The notes beneath the pieces were generated by a model. That model saw nothing but the letters and a program-made list of their open reading frames with translations, did no database searches and was not told the origin of the DNA. 64,000 nucleotides of DNA, taken from contig JBKBWQ010000001.1 in NCBI GenBank assembly GCA_046314355.1, positions 1,376,001 to 1,440,000 of the forward strand, given 5' to 3'. The DNA comes from Candidatus Altimarinota bacterium. Its GTDB lineage: Bacteria > Patescibacteriota > Gracilibacteria > 1-14-2-50-48-13. The translations under genes and the position numbers were made by a program. Of the stretch, positions 1-10,600 are shown piece after piece (position 1 is the first letter of the stretch; every line of letters starts with the position of its first letter).

Positions 1-1082
1 GTAATATTGGACTCACGAAGGATTTTGCAGATTTCGTATATATTGTGGCTCATGGCTCAAGTAGTGCAAATAATCCTCATCATGGTGCCCATGACTGTGG
101 TGCCTGCAGCGGGCGTCCAGGGGCAGTGAACTCACGAGTATTTGCGTTTATGGCAAATTACGGACCTGTGAGAACACTGCTTGCTGAAAGGGGAGTCACT
201 ATTCCTGAAGGAACAAGATTCATTGGTGCTCTACATGATACAGCAAGTGATCTGATAGCATTTTTTGATGATGAACAATTGCCAGAGGAACTTACTCTTA
301 AGCATATGAAAAATAAAGTTTCCTTTGAGAATGCGCTTGATTTGAATTCAAAAGAGCGTTCAAGAAGATTTATGTCTATTGATACAACACTGCCACTTAA
401 AAAAATACGTGAAGCAATTCAAAGGAGATCTGTTTCCTATTTTGAGCCACGTCCTGAACTGGGTCATGGGACTAATGCATTATGTATTATAGGAAATAGA
501 AGTTTTACAAAGCAGTTATTTCTGGATAGAAGAGCGTTTCTCAATTCATATGATTACAGAAGTGATCCGGAGGGGAAGCTGCTTGTTGGGGTTATTACTC
601 CACTTGCAGTGGTGTGCGGAGGTATTAATCTTGAGTACTATTTCTCCAGAATGGATAACTACAAACTAGGTGCAGGAACGAAACTTCCTCATAATGTCAT
701 GGGGCTTATTGGAGTGGCAAATAGTAGCGACGGAGACTTACGTCCAGGACTACCTCTACAGATGATAGAAGTGCATGATCCTATTCGTCTGATGATGATA
801 GTGGAGCAGATGCCTGAGGTGGTGCTAAGTGTGATCTCTTCTTCTCCAGCGCTTTATGAGTGGTTTATCAATGAATGGGTGCATTTGACAGTCTATCATC
901 CTGAGGAAAAGAGGTTTTATAGATTTAAAGAAGGTGTCTTTGTTCCTTATGAAATTCTTGATAATGAAGTCGCTGAGGTTTGTGATGTTTCAAAAATGAT
1001 AGAGTCCTGTATCAAGATGAAGACAAATTATATTCTTGATGCTACGAAAGAAAATCTTCCTGTACATATTCTTAAGAAATAA
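1..1082 (+). CDS. dabA: DUF2309 / DabA-MpsB-type inorganic carbon transporter subunit (beta-carbonic-anhydrase-like), 5' truncated by the window
   Basis: Frame is open upstream of the track's start at 45 (NIGLTKDFADFVYIVAHG). Motifs HGS..NNP....DCGAC, ALHDT, RPELG, FLNSYD, INLEYYFS, GTKLPHNV and GDLRPGLP are typical of DUF2309. Confidence 0.9.
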   Translation, partial: NIGLTKDFADFVYIVAHGSSSANNPHHGAHDCGACSGRPGAVNSRVFAFMANYGPVRTLLAERGVTIPEGTRFIGALHDTASDLIAFFDDEQLPEELTLKHMKNKVSFENALDLNSKERSRRFMSIDTTLPLKKIREAIQRRSVSYFEPRPELGHGTNALCIIGNRSFTKQLFLDRRAFLNSYDYRSDPEGKLLVGVITPLAVVCGGINLEYYFSRMDNYKLGAGTKLPHNVMGLIGVANSSDGDLRPGLPLQMIEVHDPIRLMMIVEQMPEVVLSVISSSPALYEWFINEWVHLTVYHPEEKRFYRFKEGVFVPYEILDNEVAEVCDVSKMIESCIKMKTNYILDATKENLPVHILKK

Positions 1083-1087
1083 CTTTT

Positions 1088-2938
1088 ATGATGTCTTATT
1101 TACTAAGTTTCTTTATTGTTTTTCCTCTTATTGCGCTGTTTGTCTCGTTGTCACTTCCGCGCGCCTGGGAAAAGGGAATTGCCTTTACTGCCATTACAGG
1201 AATATCTGTAAATCTTATGCTGTATATAGCGCTTTTGTATCTTTGGAGTATAGAAGGATTTCATCCAATTGCGCAGCAGGGTCTCATACTCTTCTCAAAT
1301 GTACACTACACCTTTGCGTTGGATTTCTATTTTGATGTTGTTTCTGCAGTCTATTATGGGGTGACTTGTATTATGACTCTGATGATCATGCTGTTTAGTA
1401 AAACCTATATGCACCGTGATCAGGGATACAAAAGATTCTATAATACTGTCTTGGTATTCTTTACAGGGTTAACACTGGTTATTTTATCAGGAAATCTTGA
1501 AACACTTTTTCTTGGATGGGAATTTATCGGAATTAGTTCTTTTCTGCTTATTGCATTTTATAGAGATCGTTTCCTTCCTGCTAAAAATTCTTTGAAAGTA
1601 TTTAGCATTTATAGAGTAGCTGATGCTGTATTCCTCGGAGCATTGTGGTATGCGCATCATATATTTGAAAAGAATATTCATTTCTCTGAATTCACGGAAT
1701 TAATTGCTGCACATGGCAATAGTCTTACTACTCTTGGGGTATTGTTTTTGATCGTTGCTATTATCAAATCCGCACAATTTCCTTTCTCGTACTGGCTTCC
1801 GAGAGCGATGGAAGGACCCACTACTTCAAGTGCAATCTTCTATGGAGCACTCGCTGTGCATATGGGATTATTTGTACTGCTTCGAACTTTTCCACTCTGG
1901 GAAGGCGATATGATTCTGAGAGGATGTATCGTTGTGTTTGGTGTAGCCTCAGCTCTTATTGCAAGCAGCATTACGCGTGTGCAGTCTTCCATCAAGACAC
2001 AGATTGCGTATGCATCGATTACACAGATAGGTATTATGTTTGTGGAGCTTGCTTTAGGACTTCACTGGCTTGTACTTATTCATTTTATAAGTAACGCGCT
2101 TCTGCGGACATATCAGTTGTTGATTTCACCATCAATTGTGGGATATATGATTCATGAACAGTTCTTTTATTTTATTCTTCCGGTACAGAAAATAGGAGAT
2201 AATTTTCTCGGTCGAATTCGCGCAACATTGTATGTACTCGGCATTAAGGAATGGAATATGGATATCTATTTTGCAAGTTATATCTGGAAGCCCTTTAAAA
2301 CGGTTGGAAGAGCGATAAAAATGCTTGATAAGCCCGCTGCAATGATCGTTGCTGCTGTTGTTCTCCTGATAGGTGGATATGTCCTTTATAGTGAACAATT
2401 CTCACCTACTGTACTGCTTACTGTTGCAACACTTGCTGCCTTTGTAAGCCTGCTCTACTATGTTCGAGCATTTACCACAAAAGAACACCCTAGAACTGCC
2501 TGGAATAACGTATTCTTCGGTCATCTTTTTGGAATACTTTTCCTGACGGTGTTTCTGGAGCGAAGCTATATGGAACTTTTTATGTATCTAAGTGGAATCA
2601 TAGTTGCATTTGTTCTCGGACATCTATGTCTTATCTATCTAGATAAGAAGGGAGAACATGATGAGCTCATAGAATATCATGGTCATATGTATGAGCATGG
2701 TCGATTAGGAATTTTTTTCTTTCTTGTCTGTCTTGCCTACATGGCTTTTCCAATTACTCCATCTTTCTTAGGGCAGGAAATACTTCTTAGTCATATTGGG
2801 ACTGAGCACGTGCTGCAGATGATACTCTTTAGTATGGGGTATATTTTTGCAGGTATAAGTGTAATGCGTCTCTATGCAAAGGTATTTTTTGGACCGCACG
2901 ATAAGACATATCATGAAATTGCATATCGATCTTCTTAA
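1088..2938 (+). CDS. dabB: NuoL/ND5-like proton-translocating membrane subunit (DabB/MpsA-like)
   Basis: Polytopic membrane protein with GWEFIGISSFLLI, KSAQFPFSYWLPRAMEGPT and IAYASITQIG motifs; starts 5 nt after the DUF2309 gene; no other nuo genes nearby. Confidence 0.85.
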   Translation: MMSYLLSFFIVFPLIALFVSLSLPRAWEKGIAFTAITGISVNLMLYIALLYLWSIEGFHPIAQQGLILFSNVHYTFALDFYFDVVSAVYYGVTCIMTLMIMLFSKTYMHRDQGYKRFYNTVLVFFTGLTLVILSGNLETLFLGWEFIGISSFLLIAFYRDRFLPAKNSLKVFSIYRVADAVFLGALWYAHHIFEKNIHFSEFTELIAAHGNSLTTLGVLFLIVAIIKSAQFPFSYWLPRAMEGPTTSSAIFYGALAVHMGLFVLLRTFPLWEGDMILRGCIVVFGVASALIASSITRVQSSIKTQIAYASITQIGIMFVELALGLHWLVLIHFISNALLRTYQLLISPSIVGYMIHEQFFYFILPVQKIGDNFLGRIRATLYVLGIKEWNMDIYFASYIWKPFKTVGRAIKMLDKPAAMIVAAVVLLIGGYVLYSEQFSPTVLLTVATLAAFVSLLYYVRAFTTKEHPRTAWNNVFFGHLFGILFLTVFLERSYMELFMYLSGIIVAFVLGHLCLIYLDKKGEHDELIEYHGHMYEHGRLGIFFFLVCLAYMAFPITPSFLGQEILLSHIGTEHVLQMILFSMGYIFAGISVMRLYAKVFFGPHDKTYHEIAYRSS

Positions 2939-3279
2939 TATATTGAAAGATACTTCGGATCGATTGTTCATTTTTCAAATGAAGGGACCTAACATGGATA
3001 GGGTCTCTTCAATATGAACTGGTTTGTTTTGTATGTGAAGAATAACAGCGATACTCCAGAAGGTTTGGCAAAAGATAATCAAGTATGAACAAATTTGTTT
3101 AATTATTTTTAATAGAGTTATATTCCAGATTCCTACTTATAAATGAAACTTGAGAGTATACGCCTTACTGAAAGACTCTATTATGACAAAACTGTAGTAT
3201 TTCTGATCCAAACACCTGAAAGTCTTCAACGTCTAACTGCGCAAGATGTGCATTCTATCTCCGTAAAATATATGAAAGG

Positions 3280-3537
3280 CTATAAAATTTTCGTTCCAGT
3301 AAGTTGTACTATTGCATCTTTAGCTTTTTCTCTCAACGGTTCATCATCAATATACATATAGATTTCCTTAAAATCTTCTACACTATGGATGTGAGAACTG
3401 AACTCTTTTTTATATTTTTCAAACTCGGCGGCATATTCAGGTTTTTTCAAAAGAAAATTATAAAGATCAACATGATCTTCCATATTTTCGGGACTTTGTA
3501 AAAAACGAGGAAGATGATCTTTTTTAAAAAGCTCCAT
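3280..3537 (-). CDS. hypothetical protein
   Basis: 85-aa ORF with protein-like charged composition, co-directional with 3549-3896. Confidence 0.5.
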   Translation of the reverse strand: MELFKKDHLPRFLQSPENMEDHVDLYNFLLKKPEYAAEFEKYKKEFSSHIHSVEDFKEIYMYIDDEPLREKAKDAIVQLTGTKIL

Positions 3538-3548
3538 ACGGTCAAGTT

Positions 3549-3896
3549 CTAAAAATCCTCTGTATGTACAGCGAGTGCTTGAGCTTTACTCTCTACCAAT
3601 GCTCTTTGCTCATGAGAAAAAGGAAAGCTGAACAATGCCTGTGAACAGGTGTAGGTATCATTAGCAAGTGGGATAATATGTTCGTTAAGCCATTGTATGA
3701 ATTTGGAGTCTTCTTCGGGTACATATGCAGAAGTATCATACAGATGCCAAAAGATGAGCTTCTCTGCTGTGTAGAAATTTTGAATATCTTTAAAGGTAAT
3801 GAGTCCCTGGCTATAGAGCTTGCCTAATGTGTCTCCGTAGTTCAGAGGAAAACCTTCTTCTTTAATCTGTACAAAATGTGGTCTATGTGAAGGCAT
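3549..3896 (-). CDS. hypothetical protein
   Basis: 115-aa ATG ORF downstream of hemW on the same strand. Confidence 0.55.
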   Translation of the reverse strand: MPSHRPHFVQIKEEGFPLNYGDTLGKLYSQGLITFKDIQNFYTAEKLIFWHLYDTSAYVPEEDSKFIQWLNEHIIPLANDTYTCSQALFSFPFSHEQRALVESKAQALAVHTEDF

Positions 3897-3961
3897 ACTT
3901 TAAAAATTATCTGATGTTTTTACTGAATGGTGGAAATGTCTTACAGATATTGTCATTTATT

Positions 3962-5113
3962 TTAGAGTAGTTTGCTGACAATAAAATTATGAAGCAGTCT
4001 TTTTCCTTCTTTGATTTTATATCCGTTTGCAGTTGTTTCAAGCATATCGTCCATATCATCTGCATTTTTTCTTAATTCAATAAGCTCCTCATCAGATAGT
4101 AGTGTATTCATATAGCTTATATCTATACCTTCATTAAGCCGCAGCGCCGTCATCAAGTATGTATCTGCAGTATCTTTCTTAGATAAAGTTTCTATGCTTT
4201 GTAGATTTATTTTCTCCTGATTTTTCATATAAAGATTCATATTCTGAATATTACTCCACCGCTTATGATCAAAAAATGATCCTGCTCCGAGACCAACTCC
4301 TAGATATTCATATCCTCTCCAGTACATGAGATTATGTTTTGATTCAGTTGTTTCCTTTGCCCAGTTTGAAATCTCATATTGTGTGAAGCCGTTTTTGAGT
4401 AAAATGCTTTTCATCTGCTCAAAAATTTCCAATTGGACTTCTTCTTGTAGGAACTCTTTTTCCGGCAGCAGCTGAAATGGAGTACCGGATTCTATAGTCA
4501 GAAAATAAGAGGAGATATGTGAAGGTTGAAATTGAAGGATTTCCTCTAGAGTATGTATAAAGTTTTCTTTTGTTGAATCTGGTAAGCCGAGGATCAGATC
4601 TACATTAAAAGGAATATTGGTATTTTGTAGTAATGAGAGTGCGTGCAATGCTTGTGCCCGAGTATGTTTTCTGCCAGCTTTTTGAAGCACTTTTTCATCA
4701 AGACTTTGTATGCCGATACTCACCCGAGTGATCCCTATTTCTTTTAGGTCAGAGAGATATTGTTTAGTGACGTGTTCGGGATTGAGCTCAAAGGAGATCT
4801 CTATCACATCACTTTTCGAAGGAGAATCAGAAACAGACTGAGGGGGAATTATAATGCTAAGTAGATCTATAATATCTTCTTTTTTTAAAGTGCTTGGTGT
4901 ACCGCCTCCAAAGTAAACTGTACGGATTGTTCTATCTTGTTCGTGAGCAAATTTTATTGTTTTTTTGAGTTCTTTTTTTAATTCAGCAAGATACTGATCA
5001 TAAAAACTATGATCAGTAATCACTGCAAAAGAACAGTAATGGCACTTACTTGGACAAAAGGGGATGTGAATGTAGAGACCGATGTCTTTTTTTCTCTGAA
5101 AATGAATCATCAT
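3962..5113 (-). CDS. hemW: radical SAM heme chaperone HemW (HemN-like)
   Basis: YIHIPFC-xxx-CHYC radical SAM motif, FGGGTPS, YEISNW, HNLMYW and YLGVGLGA. Confidence 0.9.
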   Translation of the reverse strand: MMIHFQRKKDIGLYIHIPFCPSKCHYCSFAVITDHSFYDQYLAELKKELKKTIKFAHEQDRTIRTVYFGGGTPSTLKKEDIIDLLSIIIPPQSVSDSPSKSDVIEISFELNPEHVTKQYLSDLKEIGITRVSIGIQSLDEKVLQKAGRKHTRAQALHALSLLQNTNIPFNVDLILGLPDSTKENFIHTLEEILQFQPSHISSYFLTIESGTPFQLLPEKEFLQEEVQLEIFEQMKSILLKNGFTQYEISNWAKETTESKHNLMYWRGYEYLGVGLGAGSFFDHKRWSNIQNMNLYMKNQEKINLQSIETLSKKDTADTYLMTALRLNEGIDISYMNTLLSDEELIELRKNADDMDDMLETTANGYKIKEGKRLLHNFIVSKLL

Positions 5114-5118
5114 ACTTA

Positions 5119-5646
5119 TTATTTATTTCTCCAATAAAGAAGAATACTTATGAAAGCCAGTACAGCAGTATAAAATAGAACGTAATTTAAAGTAAGAAGA
5201 TGTTCGAAGTAATTATCTCCACCGGTGATGAACTCTACGTGAAGAACGTGTAAAAGCATCAGTCCTAGAGGTATATAGAATCTTGTAATAGGAGAGAGTT
5301 TTGTAAGTTTTTTTAGTACGATTTCAGAAAATATCAGAAATAGGATAAAAAAAGGCAGCGTATTCTGCAATCTCCATCGGCGACCAATGCTAAATGTATG
5401 AGTAGCAGATTGGCATTCATCCAAAGACGTATATGTACCTTCGAGTTGTTTACTCCGCAGAGAGTATGACTTATTGATAAGGGGATCAGAAGATATTTGC
5501 TTTATGTCACACTTGTGGTTTTTAAGATCGTAACCATATGTGATAGAGAGCTGTGTGGGTTGATTATCTGCAGATATCTTGGTTGGTGATAAAACCAAAA
5601 AAAATATCATGATAAGCAGTACTTTTTTCATATCCAGTGTATGCAC
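5119..5646 (-). CDS. hypothetical membrane protein with signal peptide
   Basis: N-terminal hydrophobic signal, small Cys-pair domain and three C-terminal TM segments; packed between ruvB and hemW. Confidence 0.7.
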   Translation of the reverse strand: MHTLDMKKVLLIMIFFLVLSPTKISADNQPTQLSITYGYDLKNHKCDIKQISSDPLINKSYSLRSKQLEGTYTSLDECQSATHTFSIGRRWRLQNTLPFFILFLIFSEIVLKKLTKLSPITRFYIPLGLMLLHVLHVEFITGGDNYFEHLLTLNYVLFYTAVLAFISILLYWRNK

Positions 5647-6711
5647 TTAAGAAAGAAAAGATGTTTGACTGGATGATTCATTCTTTACAAAGAGCTTTTG
5701 CATTCCTAAATGAATATAGGCTTTTTCAGTGGGTTTTCGTCCTCGAGGAGTCCTTTCTATAAATCCTAACTGTAGTAGAAACGGCTCATACACTTCCTCA
5801 ATGGTGCCTTCCTCCTCTGAAGTGGCAGCGGCAAGCGTACCAAGCCCAATAGGTCTTCCTCCGAATTTTTCGATCATAGTGAGAAGAAGATGCCTATCTA
5901 TGTAGTCGAGTCCAAATTCATCGATATTGAGGTGAGAGAGTGCTTCATTGGCTACCTCAAGATCAATAGTATCTTTTTTCCCGACCTGTGCGAAGTCCCG
6001 TACTCTTTTGAGGAGTCTATTGGCAATACGCGGGGTCTTACGGGATCTTTTGGCAATCTCAACAGCACCTTCCTTTGTACATTTGATATTTAAAATCTTT
6101 GCAGAACGTATAATAATCTCTGTCATCTCTTCATCAGTATAATACTCAAGTCTGAATACGTGACCAAAACGGTCGCGGAGGGGAGAAGAGAGCATATTCA
6201 TCTTCGTAGTAGCACCTATGAGTGTGAATTTTGGAAGGTTCAGTCTCATGCTTCGTGCAGAAGGTCCCTTTCCTATCATCAGATCTATACAATAGTCTTC
6301 CATGGCGCTATAGAGTACTTCCTCCACAGTGGTCTTGAGTCTATGGATCTCATCTATAAAAAGTATGTCGTGCTCCTGGAGATTTGTAAGCAGGGATGCC
6401 AAGTCACCTGGCTTTTCAATAGCAGGTCCTGAAGTAACTTTGATAGAGACACCCATCTCATGGGCAATAATATTTGAAATGGTAGTCTTACCAAGTCCTG
6501 GAGGTCCGTAAAAGAGCAGATGCTCAAGAGGCTCTCCTCTTTCTTTTGCAGCCTCCAGGGAAACATGCAGATTCTTTTTCATCTGTGTCTGACCAATATA
6601 CTCACTAAAACTTGTAGGTCTCAGTGTATTTTCAAACTGATCTACTGCAGTCTCCTGCTGTTCAAGAATAGTGTTTTCTCTGATTGTTTCGTTCTGGGTA
6701 CTTTTGATCAT
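5647..6711 (-). CDS. ruvB: Holliday junction branch migration helicase RuvB
   Basis: [12 protein letters not shown], Walker [26 protein letters not shown] and RTPRGR. Confidence 0.97.
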   Translation of the reverse strand: MIKSTQNETIRENTILEQQETAVDQFENTLRPTSFSEYIGQTQMKKNLHVSLEAAKERGEPLEHLLFYGPPGLGKTTISNIIAHEMGVSIKVTSGPAIEKPGDLASLLTNLQEHDILFIDEIHRLKTTVEEVLYSAMEDYCIDLMIGKGPSARSMRLNLPKFTLIGATTKMNMLSSPLRDRFGHVFRLEYYTDEEMTEIIIRSAKILNIKCTKEGAVEIAKRSRKTPRIANRLLKRVRDFAQVGKKDTIDLEVANEALSHLNIDEFGLDYIDRHLLLTMIEKFGGRPIGLGTLAAATSEEEGTIEEVYEPFLLQLGFIERTPRGRKPTEKAYIHLGMQKLFVKNESSSQTSFLS

Positions 6712-6865
6712 GAAAAATGTAATAACATGTAGCTACATTTTAGTGAGGGTTTATGTAAAAGGAAAGGGATAATGAGGGGGAGAGTAATAAAGTAATTAAG
6801 TAAGAAAGTAATTGATAATTCAGTAACTAAATTTATTTCTTGATATGAATAATATGAGTATGTGT

Positions 6866-6902
6866 AAAAAAAGACCTCACCTATTTTGGAATAGTGAGGT
6901 CA
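6866..6902 (-). terminator. intrinsic terminator after the orphan gene 6929-7504
   Basis: gacctcac...gtgaggtc stem followed by a T-tract on the minus strand. Confidence 0.65.
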
Positions 6903-6928
6903 GAGGGAAAAGCAGTCGGCAGAGAAAT

Positions 6929-7504
6929 TTAGTTTCTGACTAAGACTTTAGCTTTATTAGCACATGTCTTAATTAGAGGGATTTCATACTGGCTTGAAGC
7001 TATAACTAACCTTGGAATTTCATCTACATGTTCAAGAAATTCAATCGCATCATTAGTGAAGTAGCTATTGAGGGACTCAAACTCAAATGAAAATCCTTTC
7101 TTTACCATCGTGCATAGTAAATCCTTTGGTATAAATAATATATTTTGGAAGTTAATTCCAATTTTATCGAAGTAGGCATCTGTTCTTTGAAAAGAAATTT
7201 GAAAACCTTTCAAAGCTTGTGTTGTTACTTTTAATCTCTGGATATAATAGGATGCTGTTATATAGGCATCTTGTTCAGACACTTTCTTAACTTCATCTTT
7301 TATAAACTTCTGGATTTCATCTTCTTCGGTGCGGCTATAATATCTAGTACGAAACAATAACTCTAAGATTCCATCTAAACTGTTAACTTTTTCTTTAATA
7401 GTCTGATCAACATTCTTTACCATTATAATTTCCTCTTTTATAATTATTTGTTCTCTGCGAATCTGCTTTTCAATGATCATCTCTGGGGGAGACTGGTCAT
7501 ACAT
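6929..7504 (-). CDS. hypothetical protein
   Basis: 191-aa ORF with an upstream TTGACT promoter-like element and its own terminator. Confidence 0.65.
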   Translation of the reverse strand: MYDQSPPEMIIEKQIRREQIIIKEEIIMVKNVDQTIKEKVNSLDGILELLFRTRYYSRTEEDEIQKFIKDEVKKVSEQDAYITASYYIQRLKVTTQALKGFQISFQRTDAYFDKIGINFQNILFIPKDLLCTMVKKGFSFEFESLNSYFTNDAIEFLEHVDEIPRLVIASSQYEIPLIKTCANKAKVLVRN

Positions 7505-7577
7505 TTGAAAGCATATCAGTCGCGTGAGATGAAGGAGTTATAAACTAATTTTAGATAAAGTCAATAGTTGTTTTTCA

Positions 7578-7624
7578 TAAAAAAATACGGCAATGCTTCT
7601 TGTGAAGTTTGCCGTATTTTTTTA
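7578..7624. terminator. bidirectional intrinsic terminator after the SLH protein gene
   Basis: aaaaaatacggcaa...ttgccgtatttttt inverted repeat. Confidence 0.7.
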
Positions 7625-7646
7625 TTACTTCTGCGAGTAGGGCTTT

Positions 7647-7674
7647 TAGATTCCGGGTCAAGCCCGGAATGACA
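7647..7674 (-). repeat. GTCA/CGTC-tagged REP-like palindrome
   Basis: Minus strand reads tgtcattccgggcttgacccggaatcta; related to copies at 19711, 25196, 26663 and 26743. Confidence 0.8.
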
Positions 7675-7680
7675 GAGCGG

Positions 7681-10600
7681 TTATCTATTTTTGATGTTGA
7701 GGGCCTGAGAAAGGAAATATATAATCTCTTTTCTCGTAGCTTTATCATTAGGTCTGAACTTCTTGTCCTTCTCTATTGAGATGATTCCTTTCTCGATGGC
7801 GTAGCTTACGTAGCCTCTGTACCACGCTAGGGGATCATTCCATGAGATATCTGCGAAGTCCTGAGCATTTCCTGTAAATGTCCGCTTACCATCTCCAAGT
7901 GTTACTTCGAGGATGATCTTGAGCGCTTCCGCACGTGAGACATCGTTATCTGGTTTGTAAGTTCCATCTGTGAGGTATCCTGAAATAATATTCCGGAGTT
8001 TTGCTGCATAGATGAAGAATACATCCTTATGAGTGACTGGTACGTCAGGGAATGGTGCTTTCTTTATATTCTCAAGCTTGAAATCTTCACAATTTCCCTC
8101 GATAACAAACCGGAGGAGCTCTGATCTTGCTACCATAGCGTTCTCATTGAACTTACCGTCTTCAGGTACAAATGCTACTCCGCTTTTGATAAGCAGATCT
8201 ACGAATTTTGCAAGATCCTTGTTTGTAAGATCTCCATATGTAGTCTTTGTCTTTGCTTCTATAGAAGGACATACAGATTCTGCATAAGGCACTTTACCTT
8301 CCTTAAGTATAGTTCTCTCAGGGATTGTTCCTTCATTTGTATTCGAATTTGCTGGAGTCTTCGGTTCTTCAGGAGGTGTTAAAGAATTTGTGTTCTTGTT
8401 TACTACTGGCGCAGTATTCTGATTTACATTTGCTACAGGTTTAAGATCTTCTGGAGATCTGAGTATTCCTGACTTCAGGATAAGAGCCTTCGCAAGGAAC
8501 TCGGCAATCTCTTCTCTTGTAGCAGGAGAATTCGGATTGAACTTATGATCAGGTGTGTCTGAAATAATATGCTGTTCATATGCAAATCTGATATATGGAG
8601 CGTACCATTCGCTACCATTTACATCTGAGAACGGTTCACTTTGACCATCAACAATAATATTTTGATAAGAAGTGAATACCTGGATCATTACTTTCAAAGC
8701 CTCTGCTCTTGAGATAGGACGGTCTGGTTTATAAGTTCCGTCATTGAGGTAGCCTGTGACTACTCCATTATCTTTTCCAACCGTCACATAGTAGACATCC
8801 TTATGCGTGAGAGAGACGTCAGGGAAAGGAGCGGTGCTTACAGATTTGTTTCTGTACATCTCACATGATCCTTGTATGAGGTATTTGAGAATTTCAGAAC
8901 GAGTAACAGGTGCGTCAGCTAGGAAGCGATTATCAGTACTGTCGATATGGATACCATATCTATTGAGCTGATTGATATAGTTCTGGAGTTCTGCGTCTGT
9001 AATATCACTATAGTTTGGTACTGGAAGATTTTGCAGAGCAGGACATACGCTCTCTATATAAGGTACTCCTGAAGTGCTAGGAGATACACTATTTGGTCTC
9101 TTTGCGAGATCTGGCTGTGTAAGTACTGTATTCTGATTAAGATTCTGCTGAGGTGTGTTTGTATTTTGGTTTTGGATAGTATTTTGATTCTGATTTTGAA
9201 TAGTATTCTGATTGATATTCGTGACAGCATTACTATTCATATTCTCTGCAGATTCTCTGAGATTCTGGTTGAAGTTAGTTGGCGCTGGGATAGGAGTCAC
9301 ATATCCTCCACCACTTCCACCACCTCCTCCTCCGTTGGAGACTGGCGGAGTCGCTGCCTGAGTTGTAAATGAGAATGCATTGGAGTATGTATTTGGAACT
9401 AGGGCAGTATCAGAGATCATATAGTTTACTGCAATACTTGTCCCTGCAGGGAATGGGGTAGTATGTGTAATCACAGCTTTTTGTCCGCCTGAGATTGCAG
9501 TAATAGTACAGCTATACCCTGACTGACATACTCCATTGGTAATTGCTTGAGATCCGTTAAAGGCAACATTAATGCTTGTAGGACTTACACTTGTATCTGC
9601 ATCTGTGAAATTTAATTCTACTCCTGCTGTTGTCGCAACTCCTGTTGCTCCATTGATAGGAGTACTAGAACTGAGTATAGGAGCTACAAGGTCCGCGACC
9701 ATAAATTGCGCTGTACTTGAGAATGCTCCTGCTGTATCACTATCATCCCAGAACTTTATTCTGTAATAATATGGTGTTTCAATGGCAAGGCTTCCTCCTG
9801 GTATTGCAAGATCTTCTGATCTATCTCCTACAGCTACTGGAGTGGTAAGATTGGTACCAGTGGATCCGCTGTCGTAGACAACACTTGTAAAGGCAGAGTC
9901 CGTTGCTACCTGTACCTGATATTTTACTGCAGTATCAGAGGTGTCTGTATCTTGGAAAAGTCCAGAGACTACCACTGATGTACTATCTAAATTTGTAGGA
10001 TTGGTGCTTCCGCTTTGTGCTGTATTTACTGCTGTATTTGCAAAGATAGCTGTCGGTGCGCTTGGTGCTGAGTTTGATACTGCCTCAGTAGTAAAACTCA
10101 ATGAAGAGCTAAGTGCATTTGGAACTGCTGCACTATCATCGACACTATATCCAATAGTTATATTTGCTGCATTAGAAAAGGCAGCGGCTGGAGTAATGGT
10201 GACCTGTGCTGTATTTGCTGTCGGTGTGGTAGTATTGCATGTATATCCTGTTTGACATACTCCTCCCGTAATGGCATTGATACCTCCTATAGTGATATTA
10301 ATGCTTGAAACATCAATAGGTGTTTCTGTATCTGAAAAATTAAGTACAATATTTGTTCCGACACTTACCCCAGTAGCACTATCAGTAGGAGTACTAGAAG
10401 TAAGAGTAGGTGCTGTAGAGTCTGCAACCATAAACTGTGCAGTACTTGAGAATGCACCAGTACCGTTATTATTGTCCACAAATGCGAGTCTCCAATAATA
10501 CGGCACTTCGACATTAATAGTGCCATTTGGGATCACGATATCTTCTGATCTATTTCCTACACTTACTGCGTTTGTAAGAGTAGTTGCACCACTAGCATAA

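Noticed and set aside
1088-2938. Complex I subunit NuoL
   Set aside because: No other nuo genes are adjacent; pairing with DUF2309 fits DabB/MpsA better.
3143-3361. 72-aa plus-strand ORF
   Set aside because: It overlaps the 3' end of the minus-strand ORF by about 80 nt and has no recognisable motif; it may be a gene fragment but cannot be supported.
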